From the NCBI GenBank assembly GCA_964247055.1, contig OZ176051.1, forward strand, positions 8,494,001-8,558,000: a stretch of 64,000 nt of DNA, given 5' to 3'. Both the position numbers and the translations under genes were made by a program. Below are positions 37,502 to 51,600 of this stretch, in pieces. This DNA is from Paragordius varius. Its lineage: Eukaryota > Animalia > Nematomorpha. Each line of letters opens with the position of its first letter. The stretch's first letter is position 1. The notes under the pieces are model-generated. The model had not been told where the DNA came from and ran no database searches. It was given only the letters and a program-made list of their open reading frames with translations.

Positions 37502-39490
37502 TAGAGATTTCTTATTCGGAAATTTTGATTAAATATTTGGTAACATTATTTGAGCCCATCTTGTGGGTATAAAAACTCCTATATTAAACAATGTAGATAT
37601 ATCTTTTTTTCTTATCGGATATATATATATATATATTGGAGGTTTTGTAAAAAGTATCCGCATTCGCTTTGGCTTCTCACAAAATAATTTTTTTATATTA
37701 AATTTATATCATTTTTGTATGAGATATATTGGGTAATCATATATAGTAAAGATATGAGTTATCAAAGAGACATTTTCTAGTTTTAGTTCCTAATGTTTCT
37801 AGGTCTTTCAGAAAAATATAAAATCTCCATCGATAATATTTTGCGTATAGGATTAGTGTTTATATTTTAAAACTAAAATTTTGTTTCTCCCCAATTGTAC
37901 TTAATTAAATACCACCTATTGCAATAAATATGTCATTTTGAATTTTGGTTAATAGCCGGATAATTAAAATAACTTTTTTCTAATTTTTATTGCATATATC
38001 ATTTCGATATTCATTATCATGGAGATCTTAGCTATCAAATATCATTCTTAAACTTTAACTTTTGGTAATGATAGTATATGACGTCCTTATCTATACGATC
38101 GAAACCATGCCTGATTTCTGAGCAAGCAGAGATTTTAAATGGCTATGCAACGAACTTATAAGGAAAGACCATATCCAAAGTCTAAAACTAGACATAATTT
38201 GAAGGTGATATTATTTTGTTTTTTCCTACATATTAAAATTTGTATAAATGAATAATGAAAACCTCAAAAACATTGATTATACCTTTAAAGTTAAACATTT
38301 TGCGATGCAAACTGCTCTTAAAGGATAATTAAATTATAAATATTATATATATTTATCGCGCGTTGGCGGTATAAACTAAAATTATATTCTTCCATTTAAT
38401 CTATAATCTAGATATTTAATCATATATTTTAAAAATTTTATCATCTTTATAGCTTATATTTTGGGTGATAATAGTAAAAATTTTTTCATGAATCTTTTAT
38501 TTGATCTTTTGTTATAACACCAAAAAATATTTAATCGGAATGCCACATAATAATTTGTTAAAAAGGCGATATTATGATCACTGTTTCATATTTTACAACA
38601 AAGCAAAATATATAAAAATGTTTATAACTTTTTATTAATCTAACATATTATTTATTGATCAACAATCGTTTACATATTCTAATCATCGTTGTTTAAAAGA
38701 CTCTTTATATTATACGTACTCGTTCTAAATATAATCATTTCAAAACATTATATATTAGTATCCGTAAAATTCGTGGTAATGGTATATTTAGTTCGTGTGT
38801 GGGACAATACAATAACTAATGTAAGGTAATATTATTTATGTGTGACTCTTTTAAATTGTTGACACATCCGCTAATCCAAATATTGGGTCATATTAATTTT
38901 AAGTTCACTTACAGATGCTTTAAAAGGATATGCAAAATAATAATGTTTTTAAATGTATTCCGTTTCAAACTTTTAGTTTTTTAGATATAGTATGAATATA
39001 TATATATATATTCAAAATGAAAATTTACTTTTATTTGTAGTAATTTGTAATATATATATTAAATAAATGCGAAGTTACAAATTTGTCTAATATTTTCTAA
39101 CATACCGAATCATTATGAAATTTTCCGAAATGGATTTAATCAGTGTTGGGCAAAATTTGATATTTTATATCAAAGTAATGAAAAAAAGTATTTCTAGAAA
39201 CATACCTGTATGTCAAAACATAAACAAATTCATTTAAATATATAATATTGTATCTCTCTAAGTGGTTCATACAATCATTTAATCCATCTATATTTTATTT
39301 GTTCAATTGTAATGTATATAGATTTAATATTTGTAAAAAATATTTTATGTGGTTAAGCTAGGATGCAACGTTAGATACAAATAAATTAAACATAACAGAA
39401 ATTTAAAATGGATGAAATGGGAGGGCCAAAAGGGGAGTTGGATATGATAAAAAGGAAAATATAAAAAAATATAAAGTGGATATGAGTAAG
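37502..39490 (+). repeat. ~2-kb satellite leader, copy 1 (paralog 54348-57125)
   Basis: Collinear from TAGAGATTTCTTATTCGGAAATTTTGATT to AAATGGATGAAATGGGAGGGCCAAAA...GTGGATATGAG at the satellite edge. Confidence 0.9.
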
Positions 39491-42400
39491 GGTAAAACTT
39501 TAGAAACGAAAGGGAATAAGAAGAAGGAACTTTAGAAACAGATGAAGGGCTTAAGAAGGAGGAACTTTAAAACTGGATAGAAACGGAGGAAGGGAATAAG
39601 GAGAAGGAACTTTAGAACTGGATGAAGAGCTTAAGAAGTAGGAATTTTAGAAACGTATAAATGGATTTGAAGAAGGAACTGTAGAAACGGAGGAAGAACA
39701 GGATAAATAGGAACTTAAGAAACAGATGAAGGGAATAAGAAGGAGCAACTTCAGAACTGGATTAAGGGGATAAGAAGAAGGGTAAAATTTTAGAAACGGT
39801 TGAAGGGAATTAGAGAGGGAACTTTAAAAACGGATGGAGGGAATAAGAAGAAGGAACTTTAGAAACGAATGAAGGGATTAAGATGGGGGAACTTTAGAAG
39901 TGGATGAAGGGGATAAGAAGAAGTAACTTAACGGATGAAGGGGATAAGAAGAAGGAACTTTAGAAACGGATGAAGGGAATAAGAAGAAGGAACTTTATAA
40001 ACGAATGAAGGCAATAAGAAGTGGGAACTTTTAAAATTGAGGGAGTTTAAAGAGGAACTTTAGAAACAGATAAAGGGCTTAAGAAAGAGAAACCATAAAA
40101 GTAGATGAAGGGGATAAGAAGAAGGAACTTTAGAAACGGTCGAAGGGGAGGATTAAAAGGAACTCTAGAAACGGATGAAGGGAATGAGAACAAGGAACTT
40201 TAGAAACGGATGATGGGGATAAGAAGAAGGAACTTTAGAAACGGATGACGGGGAGGAACTTTAGAAACGGATGAAGGGGATGAAAAGAAGGGTAAAACCT
40301 TAGAAACGGATGAAGGAGATAAGAAGAAAGAACTTTGGAAACAGATGAAGGGGATAAGAAGAAGGAATTTAGAACTGGATTAAGGGGATAACAAGAAGGG
40401 TAAGAAAGAACTTTGGAAACGGACGAAGGGGATAAGAATGAGGAACTTTGTAACTGGATGAAGAGGATAAGAAGAAGGGTAAAACTCTAGAAACGGATGA
40501 AGGAAATGAGAAAAAGAAACTTTAAAAACGGATGAAAGACATAAGAATGAGAGCTTTGGAACTGGATTAAGGGAATAAGAAGAAAGAACTTTAGAAACGA
40601 ATGAAGGGGATAAGAAGAAGGAACTTTAGAAACGGATGAAAGACATAATAATGAGAGCTTTGGAACTGGATGAAGGGGATAAGAAGAAAGAACTTTATAA
40701 ACGGATGAAGGGGATAAGAAGAAGTAACTTTAGAAACGGATGAAGGGGATAAGAAGAAAGAACTCTATAAACGGATGAAGGGGATTAGAAGAAAGAACTT
40801 TAGAAACGGATGACGGGGATAAGAAGAAAGAACTTTATAAACGGATGACGGGGATAGAATGAGGAACTTTAGAAACGGATGAAGGGGATAAAAAGGTGGT
40901 TAAAACTCTAGAAACGGATGACGGGGATAGAATGAGGAACTTTAGAAACGGATGAAGGGGATAAGAAGAAGGAACTTTATAAACGGATGAAGGGTTTAAG
41001 AATAAGGAACTTTAGAAACGGATGAAGGGGATAAGAAGAAGTAACTTTAGAAACGGATGAAGGGGATAAGAAGAAACTCTATAAACGGATGAAGGGGATT
41101 AGAAGTAAGAACTTTAGAAACGGATGACGGGGATAGAATGAGGAACTTTAGAAACGGATGAAGGGGATAAGAAGAAAGAACTTTATAAACGGATGACGGG
41201 GATAGAATGAGTAACTTTAGAAACGGATGAAGGGGATAAGAAGAAGGAACTTTATAAACGGATGAAGGGGATAAGAATAAGGAACTTTAGAAACGAATGA
41301 AGGGGATAAGAAGAAGGAACTTTAGAAACGGATGACGGGGATAGAATGAGGAACTTTAGAAACGAATGAAGGGGATAAGAAGAAGGAACTTCAGAACTGG
41401 ATGAAGGGGATAAGAAGAAGGGTAAAATTTTAGAAACGGTTGAAGGGAATTAGAGAGGGAACTTTAAAAACGGATGGAGGGAATAAGAAGAAGGAACTTT
41501 AAAAACGAATGAAGGGATTAAGATGGGGGAACTTAAGAAGTGGATGAAGGGGATAAGAAAAGTAACTTAACGGATGAAGGGGATAAGAAGAAGGAACATT
41601 AGAAACGGATGAAGGGAATAAGAAGAAGGAACTTTAGAAACGAATGAAGGCAATAAGAAGAAGGAACTTTTGAAACCGAGGGAGTTTAAAGAGGAACTTT
41701 AGAAACAGATGAAGGGCTTAAGAAAGAGAAACCATAGAAGTAGATGAAGGGGATAAGAAGAAGGAACTTTAGAAACGGTCGAAGGGGAGGATAAAAAGGA
41801 ACTCTAGAAACGGATGAAGGGAATGAGAACAAGACACTTTAGAAACGGATGAAGGGGATAAGAAGATGAAACTTTAGAAACGAATGAAGGGGATAAGAAT
41901 GAGGAACTTTGTAACTGGATGAAGAGGATAAGAAGAAGGGTAAAACTCTAGAAACGGATGAAGGAAATGAGAAAAAGGAACTTTAGAAACGGATGAAAGG
42001 CATAAGAATGAGGAGCTTTAAAACTGGATGAAGGGGATAAGAAGAAAGAACTTTAGAAACGGATGAAGGGGATAAGAAGAAGGAACTTTAGAAACGGATG
42101 AAGTAGATAAGAAGAAAGAACTCTATAAACGGATGAAGGGGATTAGAAGAAAGAACTTTAGAAACGGATGAAGGGGATAAGAAGAAGGAACTTTAGAAAC
42201 GGATGAAGGGGATAAGAAGAAAGAACTCTATAAACGGATGAAGGGGATTAGAAGAAAGAACTTTAGAAACGGATGACGGGGATAGAATGAGGAACTTGAG
42301 AAACGGATGAAGGGGATGAAAAGAACGAACTTTAGAAAGGGATGAAGGGAATAAGAAGAAGGAACTTTAGAAACGGATGAAGGGGATGAAAAGAAGGAAC

Positions 42401-44326
42401 TTTAGAAACGGATGAAGGGAATAAGAAGAAGGAAATTTAGAAACGGATGAAGGGCTTAAGAATGAGGAACTTTAGAACAGGATGAAGGGGATGGGAAGAA
42501 AGGTAAAACTTTGGAAACGAATGAATGGATATGAAGAAGAAACTTGAAATGGATGAAGGGAATAAGAAGAAGAAACTTGAAACGGTTGAAGGGGTTAAGA
42601 AGGAGGAACTTTAGAAACGGACCAAGAGCTTAAGAAAGAGCAACTTTAGAACTGGATCAAGGGCAAAGAAGGGTAAAACTTTAGAAACGGATGAAGGGTA
42701 GGAAAAAAAGAAACTTTATAAATGGATGAAGGGCTTAAGAAGGAGGAACTTGAGAACTGGATAGAAACGGATGAAGGGAATAAGAAGGAGGAACTTTAGA
42801 ACTGGATGAAGGGGATAAGAAGAAGGGTAAAACTTTAGAAACGGATGAATAAAGAAGGTACTTGAAACGGATGAAGGCGATGAGAAAAAGGAAATTTAGA
42901 AACAGATGGGATTAAAAAGGAGGAGCTCTAGAAGTTGATGAAGGGGATAAGAAGAAGGGTAAAAGTTTGAAAACGGATGTAGGGAATTAGAAGAAGGAAA
43001 ACGAGGAGAGGAGAAAAAGGAACTTTAGAAATGGATGAAGGGCTTAAGAAGGAGGAACATGAGAACTAGATGAAGGGGATAATAAATACCTTAGAAACGG
43101 ATGAAGGGAATATAAAGAAGAAACTCGAAACGGTTGAAGGGGATAAGAAGAACTTTAGAAGTGGATGAAGGGGATAAGAAGAAGGGAAAACTTTAGAAAC
43201 GGATGAAGGGCTTAAGAAGGAGCAACTTTGGTAATGGATAAAAACGGATGAAGGGAATAAGATGAAGGACCTTTAGAAACGGATGAAGGGTAGGAAAAAA
43301 AGAAATAGAAACGGATGATGGGATTAAGAAGGAGGAACTTGAGAACTGGATAGAATCGGATGAAGGAAATAAGAAGAAGAAACTTTAGAAACGGATGACG
43401 GGCTTAAGAAGGAGGAACTTTAGAACTGGATGAAGGGAATGAAAAGAAGGAACTTTAGAAACGGATGAAGGGGAAAAGAAATAGGAACTTTAGAAACGGA
43501 TGAAGGGCTTAAGAAGGAGGAATTTAGAACTGGAGGAAGAAGAAGGGTACTTTAGAAACGAATGAATATATATGAAGAAGGGTAAAACTTTAGAATAGGA
43601 TGAAGGGGATGGGAAGAAAGGTAATTAAAACTTTAGAAACGAATGAATCCATATGAAAAAGAAACTTGAAACGGATGAAGGGAATAAGAAGGAGGAACTT
43701 TAGAAACGGACCAAGAGCTTAAGAAAGAGCAACTTTAGAACTGGATAAAGGGCAAAGAAGGAAAAAACTTTAGAAACGGATGAATGGATATGATGAAGGG
43801 TCAAACTGTAATTACAGATAAAGAGAATAAGAAACGGATGAATAGATATGAAGAAGGAACTTTAGAAACCGTTGAAAAGAATAAGGAAAAGAAACTTGAA
43901 ACAGCTGAGGGGGAGGAGGAGAAGGAATTTTGAAAACGGAAGGGGGTGAGTAAAAGAAACTTTAGAAACGTATGAGGGGTTAAGAAGGAGGAACTTTAGA
44001 ACCGGATAGGGGATAAGAAGTGTCAAACTAAACGGATAAATGGATATGAAGAAGGAACTTGAAACGAATCAAGGGGAGGAGAAGAAGGATTTTTAGAAAC
44101 GGATGAAATGTATAAGAAGGAGGGCTTTAGAAACGGATGAATGAATATGAAGAAGGAACTTTAGAAACGGATGAAGGGCATAAGATGGAGGAGCTTTAGA
44201 ACTGGATGAAGGGGATAAGAAGAAGGGTAAAGCTTGAGAAACAGATGAATGGATCTGAAGAAGGATAAAACTGTAGAAACGGATGAAGGGGATATGAAGA
44301 ATGGTGGAACTATAGAAACGGATGAA
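39490..44326 (+). repeat. Purine-rich ~35-bp satellite array 1, consensus GAACTTTAGAAACGGATGAAGGGGATAAGAAGAAG
   Basis: Continuous tandem units; most homogeneous around 40600-41400 and 42050-42300. Confidence 0.97.
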
Positions 44327-44333
44327 TTTAAAA

Positions 44334-44854
44334 CTTCGATTCAAATTGGGGTATCTAAATACCACAAACTATATTTAAGTTGATTTTTTTAAAAAACTAG
44401 TGAAAAAAACGGTTACAATTTAAATTTATGCTTCTATTCTAATAAAAATTATATAAATAAGCCAAAATATCTAAATAAAATTTAGTTTTGAAGAAAAAGT
44501 TTCATATCAAACTACTTGCTCCATTTATATTTTATAACATTTTTGCAAAATATCGTGTTTATTTTATTTTAAAGATAATTTAAAGCTATTTTTTCGAATT
44601 ACATCTAATATTGATAGAAACAGAAAAAGTGGTTTTTTTGTATTTTTCTTTAAATTTTCGTCAAACATTTAAGATAAATTTTAACTTTTGGGTTTTACCT
44701 TAAAAAACGAAAAGTATTTTTGAATTAATATTTTTTCATTGGCTCTTTAATGTTATATAAGTGCAAACATTTGCGATAGATTCAATTCCATCATTTCTGA
44801 AGTATTTAATTTTAAACAGACCTGGGTATCCAACTACCCCAATTTAAATCGAAG
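44334..44854. mobile_element. Probable MITE (20-bp TIRs) interrupting the satellite
   Basis: CTTCGATTCAAATTGGGGTA (44334-44353) vs TACCCCAATTTAAATCGAAG (44835-44854), a 19/20 inverted match. No TSD seen. Confidence 0.5.
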
Positions 44855-44894
44855 GACTGAAATGAATGTGTTGTATCCAAGTGTTAATATGAAG

Positions 44895-46705
44895 AAAGGT
44901 GAAATAATAGAAACGGATGAATTCTATATGAAGAGGGGTAGAACTATAGAAACGGATAAAGGCTATATTAAGAAGGAATGTCATAGAAACGGATGAAAGA
45001 ATGAATAAGGGTGGAACATTAGAAACGGATTAATTCAATAGAAAAAGGAACAAAGGAAACGGATGAAGGCGATATGAAGAAGATGAAACTAACGGAGGAA
45101 ATGGTTATAAGGTAGGACGGAATTTAGAAACGGATGAATTGAATATGAAGAAGGAAATTATAGAAACGGATCACGAAGCTATGAAGAAGTGTGAAACTAT
45201 AGAAACAGATGAAGGGGATGCGAAGAAGGGTAGAACTATAGAAACGGATGAATTGGATATGAAGAAGGATGGAACATAAAAACCGATGAAGGGGATATGA
45301 AAAAGAACACACCATTAGAAACGGATGAAGAGAATATGAAGAAGGACGAAATATTACAAACGGATGAAGGGTGAATACTACAAATGAAGGGTATGTACAT
45401 GAAGAAGGGTGGAACTATAGAAACCGATGAAGGGAAGAAAGAAGGGTGGGGCATTAGAAACGGATGAAGGGGATATGTGGGTGGAACTAATAGAAACGGA
45501 TGAATTGAATATGAAGAAGGGTAAGCGGATGAAAGGGATGATGAAGTTGAAACATTAGAAACGGATGAATTGAATAGAAAAAAGGGGAGAAGCAACTGAT
45601 ATTAAGAGAGATGGAACTTAAGAAACAAATGAAGGGGCTTAAGAAGGTTCAAACTTTATAAACAGATGAAATAATTTTGAAGGTGGGTAGAGCGTTACAA
45701 ATAATTGAATGACGAAGAAGTGTTAAGGTTAAAAAATCCAAGTGTTTTCATGGAGGGTGGAACGTTTGAACCGGTTGAAGGAAAAATAATAAAAAATGAA
45801 AGTAAAGGAAAATCAGTTATGAAGAAGGACGGAACATGAAAAAGGGATGAAAATGATGTGAAGAAGAACGGGATAATTAGCGGATGAATGGAATATAAAG
45901 AAGAACGGAACATTAGAAACGGATGACGGGAATATAAAGAAAAACAAAACATTGAAAACTAATGAAGGGATATGAAGAAGGGTGGAACTACAGAAACTGA
46001 TGTACATGAAGAAGGGCGGAACCTTAGAAAGCGCTGAAGAGGATGAAGAAGGGTGGATACAAACGGATGAACGGGATATGAAAAAGGAACTTAGGAAACT
46101 GAAAGGAATATGAAGATGCATGAATCTAACGGATGAATTGGTTCTAAGCCAGAATGGAATTATAAATGAATTGGATACGACAAAGGGTGCTATAGAAACG
46201 GATGAATTGAAAATAACAAAAGGTGAAACTATAGAAACGGATGAAGGAAGAATAGTGTCTTTAGAAACTGTAGTCGGAATGTAGAAGGTTGGTACATTCG
46301 AAACGGATGAACTGAATATGGACGTAACATTAGAAACAGATAAAATGGATAAAAAGAATCAAACTTTAGAAACGGATGAATTGGATATGATAAAGAATGA
46401 AACTAATAGAAACGGACGAATTGGATGTGAAGAAGGGTAGGTTAGAAACGGATGTAAGTGTAGGAAGACGGGTGGAACCTAATAAACGGATGGAGGGGAT
46501 ATGAGGAAGGAGGATATAAAGAAGGCTTAAAACATGGAACAACTTAAGAAACGGATTTAATTGGATATGAAGAAGAGTGTAAAGAAACGGATAAAGGGAA
46601 TATATAGAGAGGTGAAACTATAGAAACGGATGAAATGGATGAAGAAGGGTGGAACATTCAAACTTGATGAAGGGGATATGAAAAGAAATTTAGGAAACGG
46701 AGGAC
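44895..46705 (+). repeat. Highly diverged subfamily of the same satellite
   Basis: The core (T)AGAAACGGATGAA recurs with variable linkers (often TTGGATATGAAGAAGGGTGGAAC). Confidence 0.85.
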
Positions 46706-48630
46706 TCTAGTTTGTGGATTAAAAGGCGGAAAATTAGTATACAGAGAGGCTTGACTTTACGATGAAAGAATAATATTGATGTCACGAGAAAAAGGTAAGG
46801 CTTTTGACAAATGAAGACATACAAAGAATGATGATGATAGAGATAAGTATAAAAGTTTAAATAAGGATTGAAAAAATTAGTCGGCCAGGTTAAGAAAGAA
46901 AAGATAAATTTATTTTATGATGAGTTAAATAGTAAGCAAGGTTTAAACAAAGTGTATAAAGTTGCGCAGCAAAGGAAAAAACGCAGAATGGATTTGCCAG
47001 GTTATGCGACTGCGATAAAAGGAAAAGATGGAAACTTGCTGTGCGAAAATGTAGAAATATTAAAAAGATGGAAAGAGTACTTTGTGAGTTTAGATGAAGG
47101 GGTAGGCGAGATATTTTTGCCAAATACAGTAGAAGCTACTGATAGACCAATAGAAGCAATTACACAAAAGAAGTAGAATCCAATTTGTTAGAAATGCCAA
47201 ACAACAAGGCTGTAGGATCGGAAGACATAAATATGAATTGTTAGAAAGTGCTTGGAAACGCTGGATTAAATTTTTTCGAGCGTGTGCTTAATAAAGTTGT
47301 TTCAACGTATGAAATCCCGGTTGGATGGGAGGAAAGTTTAAATGTGCCTTTATTTAAAGGAAAAGGTGATATAAATGAATGTTGTAACTATAGAGGGATA
47401 AAACTAATGTCGCACACCATGAATTGTTTGAAAAAATAATTGAAAAGCGAATCAGGAAAATGATGTCTATAGAAGGTAATCAATTTGGTTTCAGGCCAGG
47501 AAAGTCAACAGTAGATCCTATACATGCGGTTAGGAGGTTGATTGAAAAACACATTGAAAAAAAGAAAGAATTACACGGGGTTTTAATTGACATAGAGAAG
47601 GCGTTTGACAGGATTCCTAGAGAAACTATTTGGTGGAATCTCCGTCGTAAAAAGGTGCCAGAAAGTTATATTAAGTTGTTACAGATAATGTACGAATCAC
47701 ACACCTCCAGGATTAAAACCCCACAAGGTTTATCCGAGCCCTTTTCAATAAAGCATGGAGTCTACCAAGGCTCATCACTCAGCCCCTTATTGTTCATAAT
47801 TTGTATGGACGAGGTAGCCAAGGTTGTTAATGTGAGTTCAGGATGGTACTTAATGTATGCAGATGACATAATCATCTTGTCTGATTCATTTATCGAGTTA
47901 AAGCGAACGGTAAACAGATGGGTTGTTATGCTGGATCAATACGGACTTAAAGTAAACAAAGCAAAAACCGAACTTATTACTTTTGGGGGTCCACAACATG
48001 AAATGGCAGTTGATGATAGTTGGGTTCTAAAGGGTAAATAAAGTTGCAAATATTTGGGAGCTATGTTAAGGGCAGATGGTTTGTTGATTGATGATATTAG
48101 TTTAAGAATAAAGAGCAACTGGGTAAATTGGAAGAAAATTTCGAGCGTATTATGCGATCAAAATATTGATGTTAGAGTGAAATGTAAGATTTACAGTTCA
48201 GTTGTCCAGCTCTCAATGATGTAACAGACGTGGGGTGTCAAAAAATCTGAAGAAAGACATTTTAACGTTGCTGAAATAAAAATGCTCAGAATGATGTGTG
48301 GGTTAACAAGAAAGGACAAAATTGAGAATGGATTTATTCGTGGGAGCACAGATATTAAACCAATAGTGAAAGAATGTCAAAAAATAGGCTACGTTGGTTC
48401 GGGCACATTGAAAGGAGAGATTCTAATTATATTGCAAAAATAATTAGTCATATAGTTGAGGAAAACAAGGACGTGGGCGGCCTAAAACAAAATGGATAGA
48501 TACAGTAAAAAGAGAGCTAGCAGAATACGAGCTTAATGCAGAAAACGCCATAGATAGAGTTTTATGGCCAGACAGGTTTTATAACATGACCGCTCTCACG
48601 AGTGAAAACATGTAATGTAATAATAATAAT
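46705..48630 (+). mobile_element. 5'-truncated, decayed RTE-clade non-LTR retrotransposon
   Basis: IPVGWEESLNVPLFKGKGDINECCNYRGIKLMSHT, FGFRPGKST, DIEKAFDRIPRE, GVYQGSSLSPLLF, YADD. Later RWFGHIERR and GRPKTKWID. (TAA)n tail at ~48618-48632. Confidence 0.92.
47424..48041 (+). pseudogene. LINE reverse transcriptase core fragment
   Basis: 205-aa ORF with RT motifs DIEKAFD, QGSSLSP and YADD; flanked by frameshifts and stops. Confidence 0.92.
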
Positions 48631-51600
48631 TAAAAAATTTTAATTAAATATTTAAAAATATAAAATAATCGATATTTATATATGCTCTACATTTGACAAT
48701 ATGTTAAACATGCATTTTTATACATTATCATTTAAGCATGAAATCCAGCGGGAAATATTTCAAAAATCAAAACAATCAAGCACTGTGCAAAATATGCAAT
48801 TAAAAGGGTAAAACAAACTAGATAAAATTTTATTTGCACTATTAAAAGCTATCCATTTGAAAATTCATAAAGCCACAACATGATTTATACTACAATATTT
48901 AAAAACAAACATATCCATAATTTCGTTAAAAGTTTGCGTCCTAATTACGAACCATCCAAGAGAAATTTTTTTAAAAAGACATTACGAAAGAAATAAGCTC
49001 AATTTGTAACAATAACAATTCTTTTTGTCGATTCGTACTCAAATATTCGTCGACAAATAATTAACATAATCGGACAGGGATACTAAAATTTTTTTTATAA
49101 AATCATTAGATAGGGATTTGAAAGCAAAACAGCAGAATATTTTTTGAATATTATGGACACCCGATTATAAATGATATTGGATCATCAAAAGGGATAGCCT
49201 TTGTATCGGATAATGTGGCAAATATGAAGGCCGATGAAAAATTAATTTCTAAAAATATCGTAATATAGTATGGCATAAATGCCAATCCCATATTATGAAT
49301 AGCTTAATTGAATTGATTCAAAATGATATGCCCGAAACTTTAAATATTGTGCTAACTATAATGGATTTTATAAATTCTAATAAGTATTATAAAAAATTTC
49401 GAAGAATTGAAAAAAATTCTATGCACTGATATTTAATTCTTAGACAATCACACGATATTATACCATAACTAAAAACCCTGAACAATTTTATTGATGAAAA
49501 TTGGCCATTTAACAAACGGTGATTTTCCATGGAAAGATTTTTTGCTAACTAAAGACAAAAGATCATATATTAATTACTGGATGTTATTGGGTTATTATAA
49601 TCGAAACTTTGAATTTTTTCAATATATTTACTGAAGCAATAAGTAATTTAGAATCTAGGGTGTCTTTCATCATTGCATTTATGATATTTGGTGCCATTCA
49701 AAAAATTTGATTACGAAACATTAATATATTTTTCTACCAAAAGGATGTAAGGAGCAAGCGATCACTGATTTTTTATTTTGGCTCGTTTTTAAAATTCAGG
49801 TCTAAAAATGATTTAACAATCGAAGGATCGTCTTATGCAATTCTACCTCAAACTTTGTACACAAATAATATTTTTTTGAAAAGATTTACCCACAATTTGT
49901 TAATTACCGGGCCTTTGAGGCACATTAAATGTGAAAAATCTTAGGGACTACTAAATTTTGAAAATTTGTCAGCACATTTACTGACCATAAAACCTTATCC
50001 CATCTTGTGCAAAAAGTAATATATATTCCTGCTGCAGCCGAAAGAAGTTCTAGATGAAAAATGCCTTCACAATCCTTATAGGAATCGATTGGACACGGGA
50101 AGAATCGATAAACTCATGTACATTAACTATAATCTCCGAAAAGACATAGAAATATTAGTGAGAAGGATGAAATTATATAAGTGTTTAATATTTTGTGTAT
50201 ATTTTTTCATAAATTCTTAATTAATTTTGATTTAATATATATTTGTATATAATAAATAAACAAAACATGTTATATACTTAAACTTCTTATTAAGAAAAAT
50301 CATGGCATTATTAGTGAAACGCAGGTGCGATCATTCGTTTTCATAATTTCAAATATCGCATGATATTTACTTAAATAAGTTTTTGTTAATATTACAATTT
50401 TTTTATAGTTTTACCCAAATAATTGATAACAAATATTAAAAAAATGGTCATGACCATGCTAGTGGTCTGACCGGACTTTTTTAAAAAGCAGTCAAATGCA
50501 CAACCCTAGTAACGATATTTTTGCAAATTATGAATTAATTTTTTCGCGGGCCGCGTGTGTGCTTTAGAGATGAACTGTTTAAAACATTGATATTTGTTTG
50601 TGTGAGACTTTATGTATAATTAGAGGTAAAATACTCGAATTTTTACATAATAAAAATATATATGAATAATTAGCAAAGCATTTATTAACTAAAAAAATAA
50701 TAAAAAATATGTCAGTTCTTTTGGATATTTTTCACTTTCTTATGGTTTTGCAACAAGGAAATGTTTAGGGAACGAAAAATTAGATCAGTTAAAGCCGTGA
50801 TGTTAATATGCCTCCCAGACTAAAATATGTATAAAATAAAATTAATTAATTATAAAATATTTAAAAATAATAATCTAACAGATGGGGAAAATAATTAACC
50901 TGTGGCGGTGTGACTATAACACGTGCATTTTCCGTAGTTTTCACTGAATATGAAATATTAATCATACATTAAAAACTAATATTAATAAAATATAAACTAA
51001 AGAAATCTAGAATCATGATTTAATTTTAAACAAAAACAAAATTTATTTATACGTTTATAATTTTTATGCTACATAGAGAATATAAAAGTGCAGGTATGGT
51101 GGATCTATAACCGTTTTTAAGGATATCAATTATTTGGAACTGTTTTGGAATAATATCCAAAAATTCTTTTAAAAACTGCGGATTTTTTTGCAATATAAAC
51201 CTGAATATTGTTTACCTAATATTTTTAATAAATATAAACATGAAGATATTTAAATTTTTCAAAGAAAAGTCGCCTTTAAATTTTTCAGTTTATGAGAATA
51301 TATATATATGATTATGATAGGCTCTGAAAACGGAGCTGAAATTTAAAACACTTGGGTATAAAATATCTTTAGCTTAAGCATTTTTTTATCCCGAAAAATT
51401 TCTTGAAACCGTAATTATTTTTTTGCCTGGTTAATTTTATTTAAAAAAACGGTGAAACAAGAACATTAAAACAGACAAAAATGTTTGGAAGCAAACCCTA
51501 AAAGGCCATATCCAATCCCTGATAAAATATTGAAATATTTCAATAATACTGATATATTATTAATTAAAGCAATAAATACATATACTAGATGTAAGAATAT

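Noticed and set aside
44093-46121. Minus-strand ORFs rich in F/L/S/P/I (also 61406-61594)
   Set aside because: These are translations of the pyrimidine strand of the satellite. The unit is not a multiple of 3 and there is no conserved frame.
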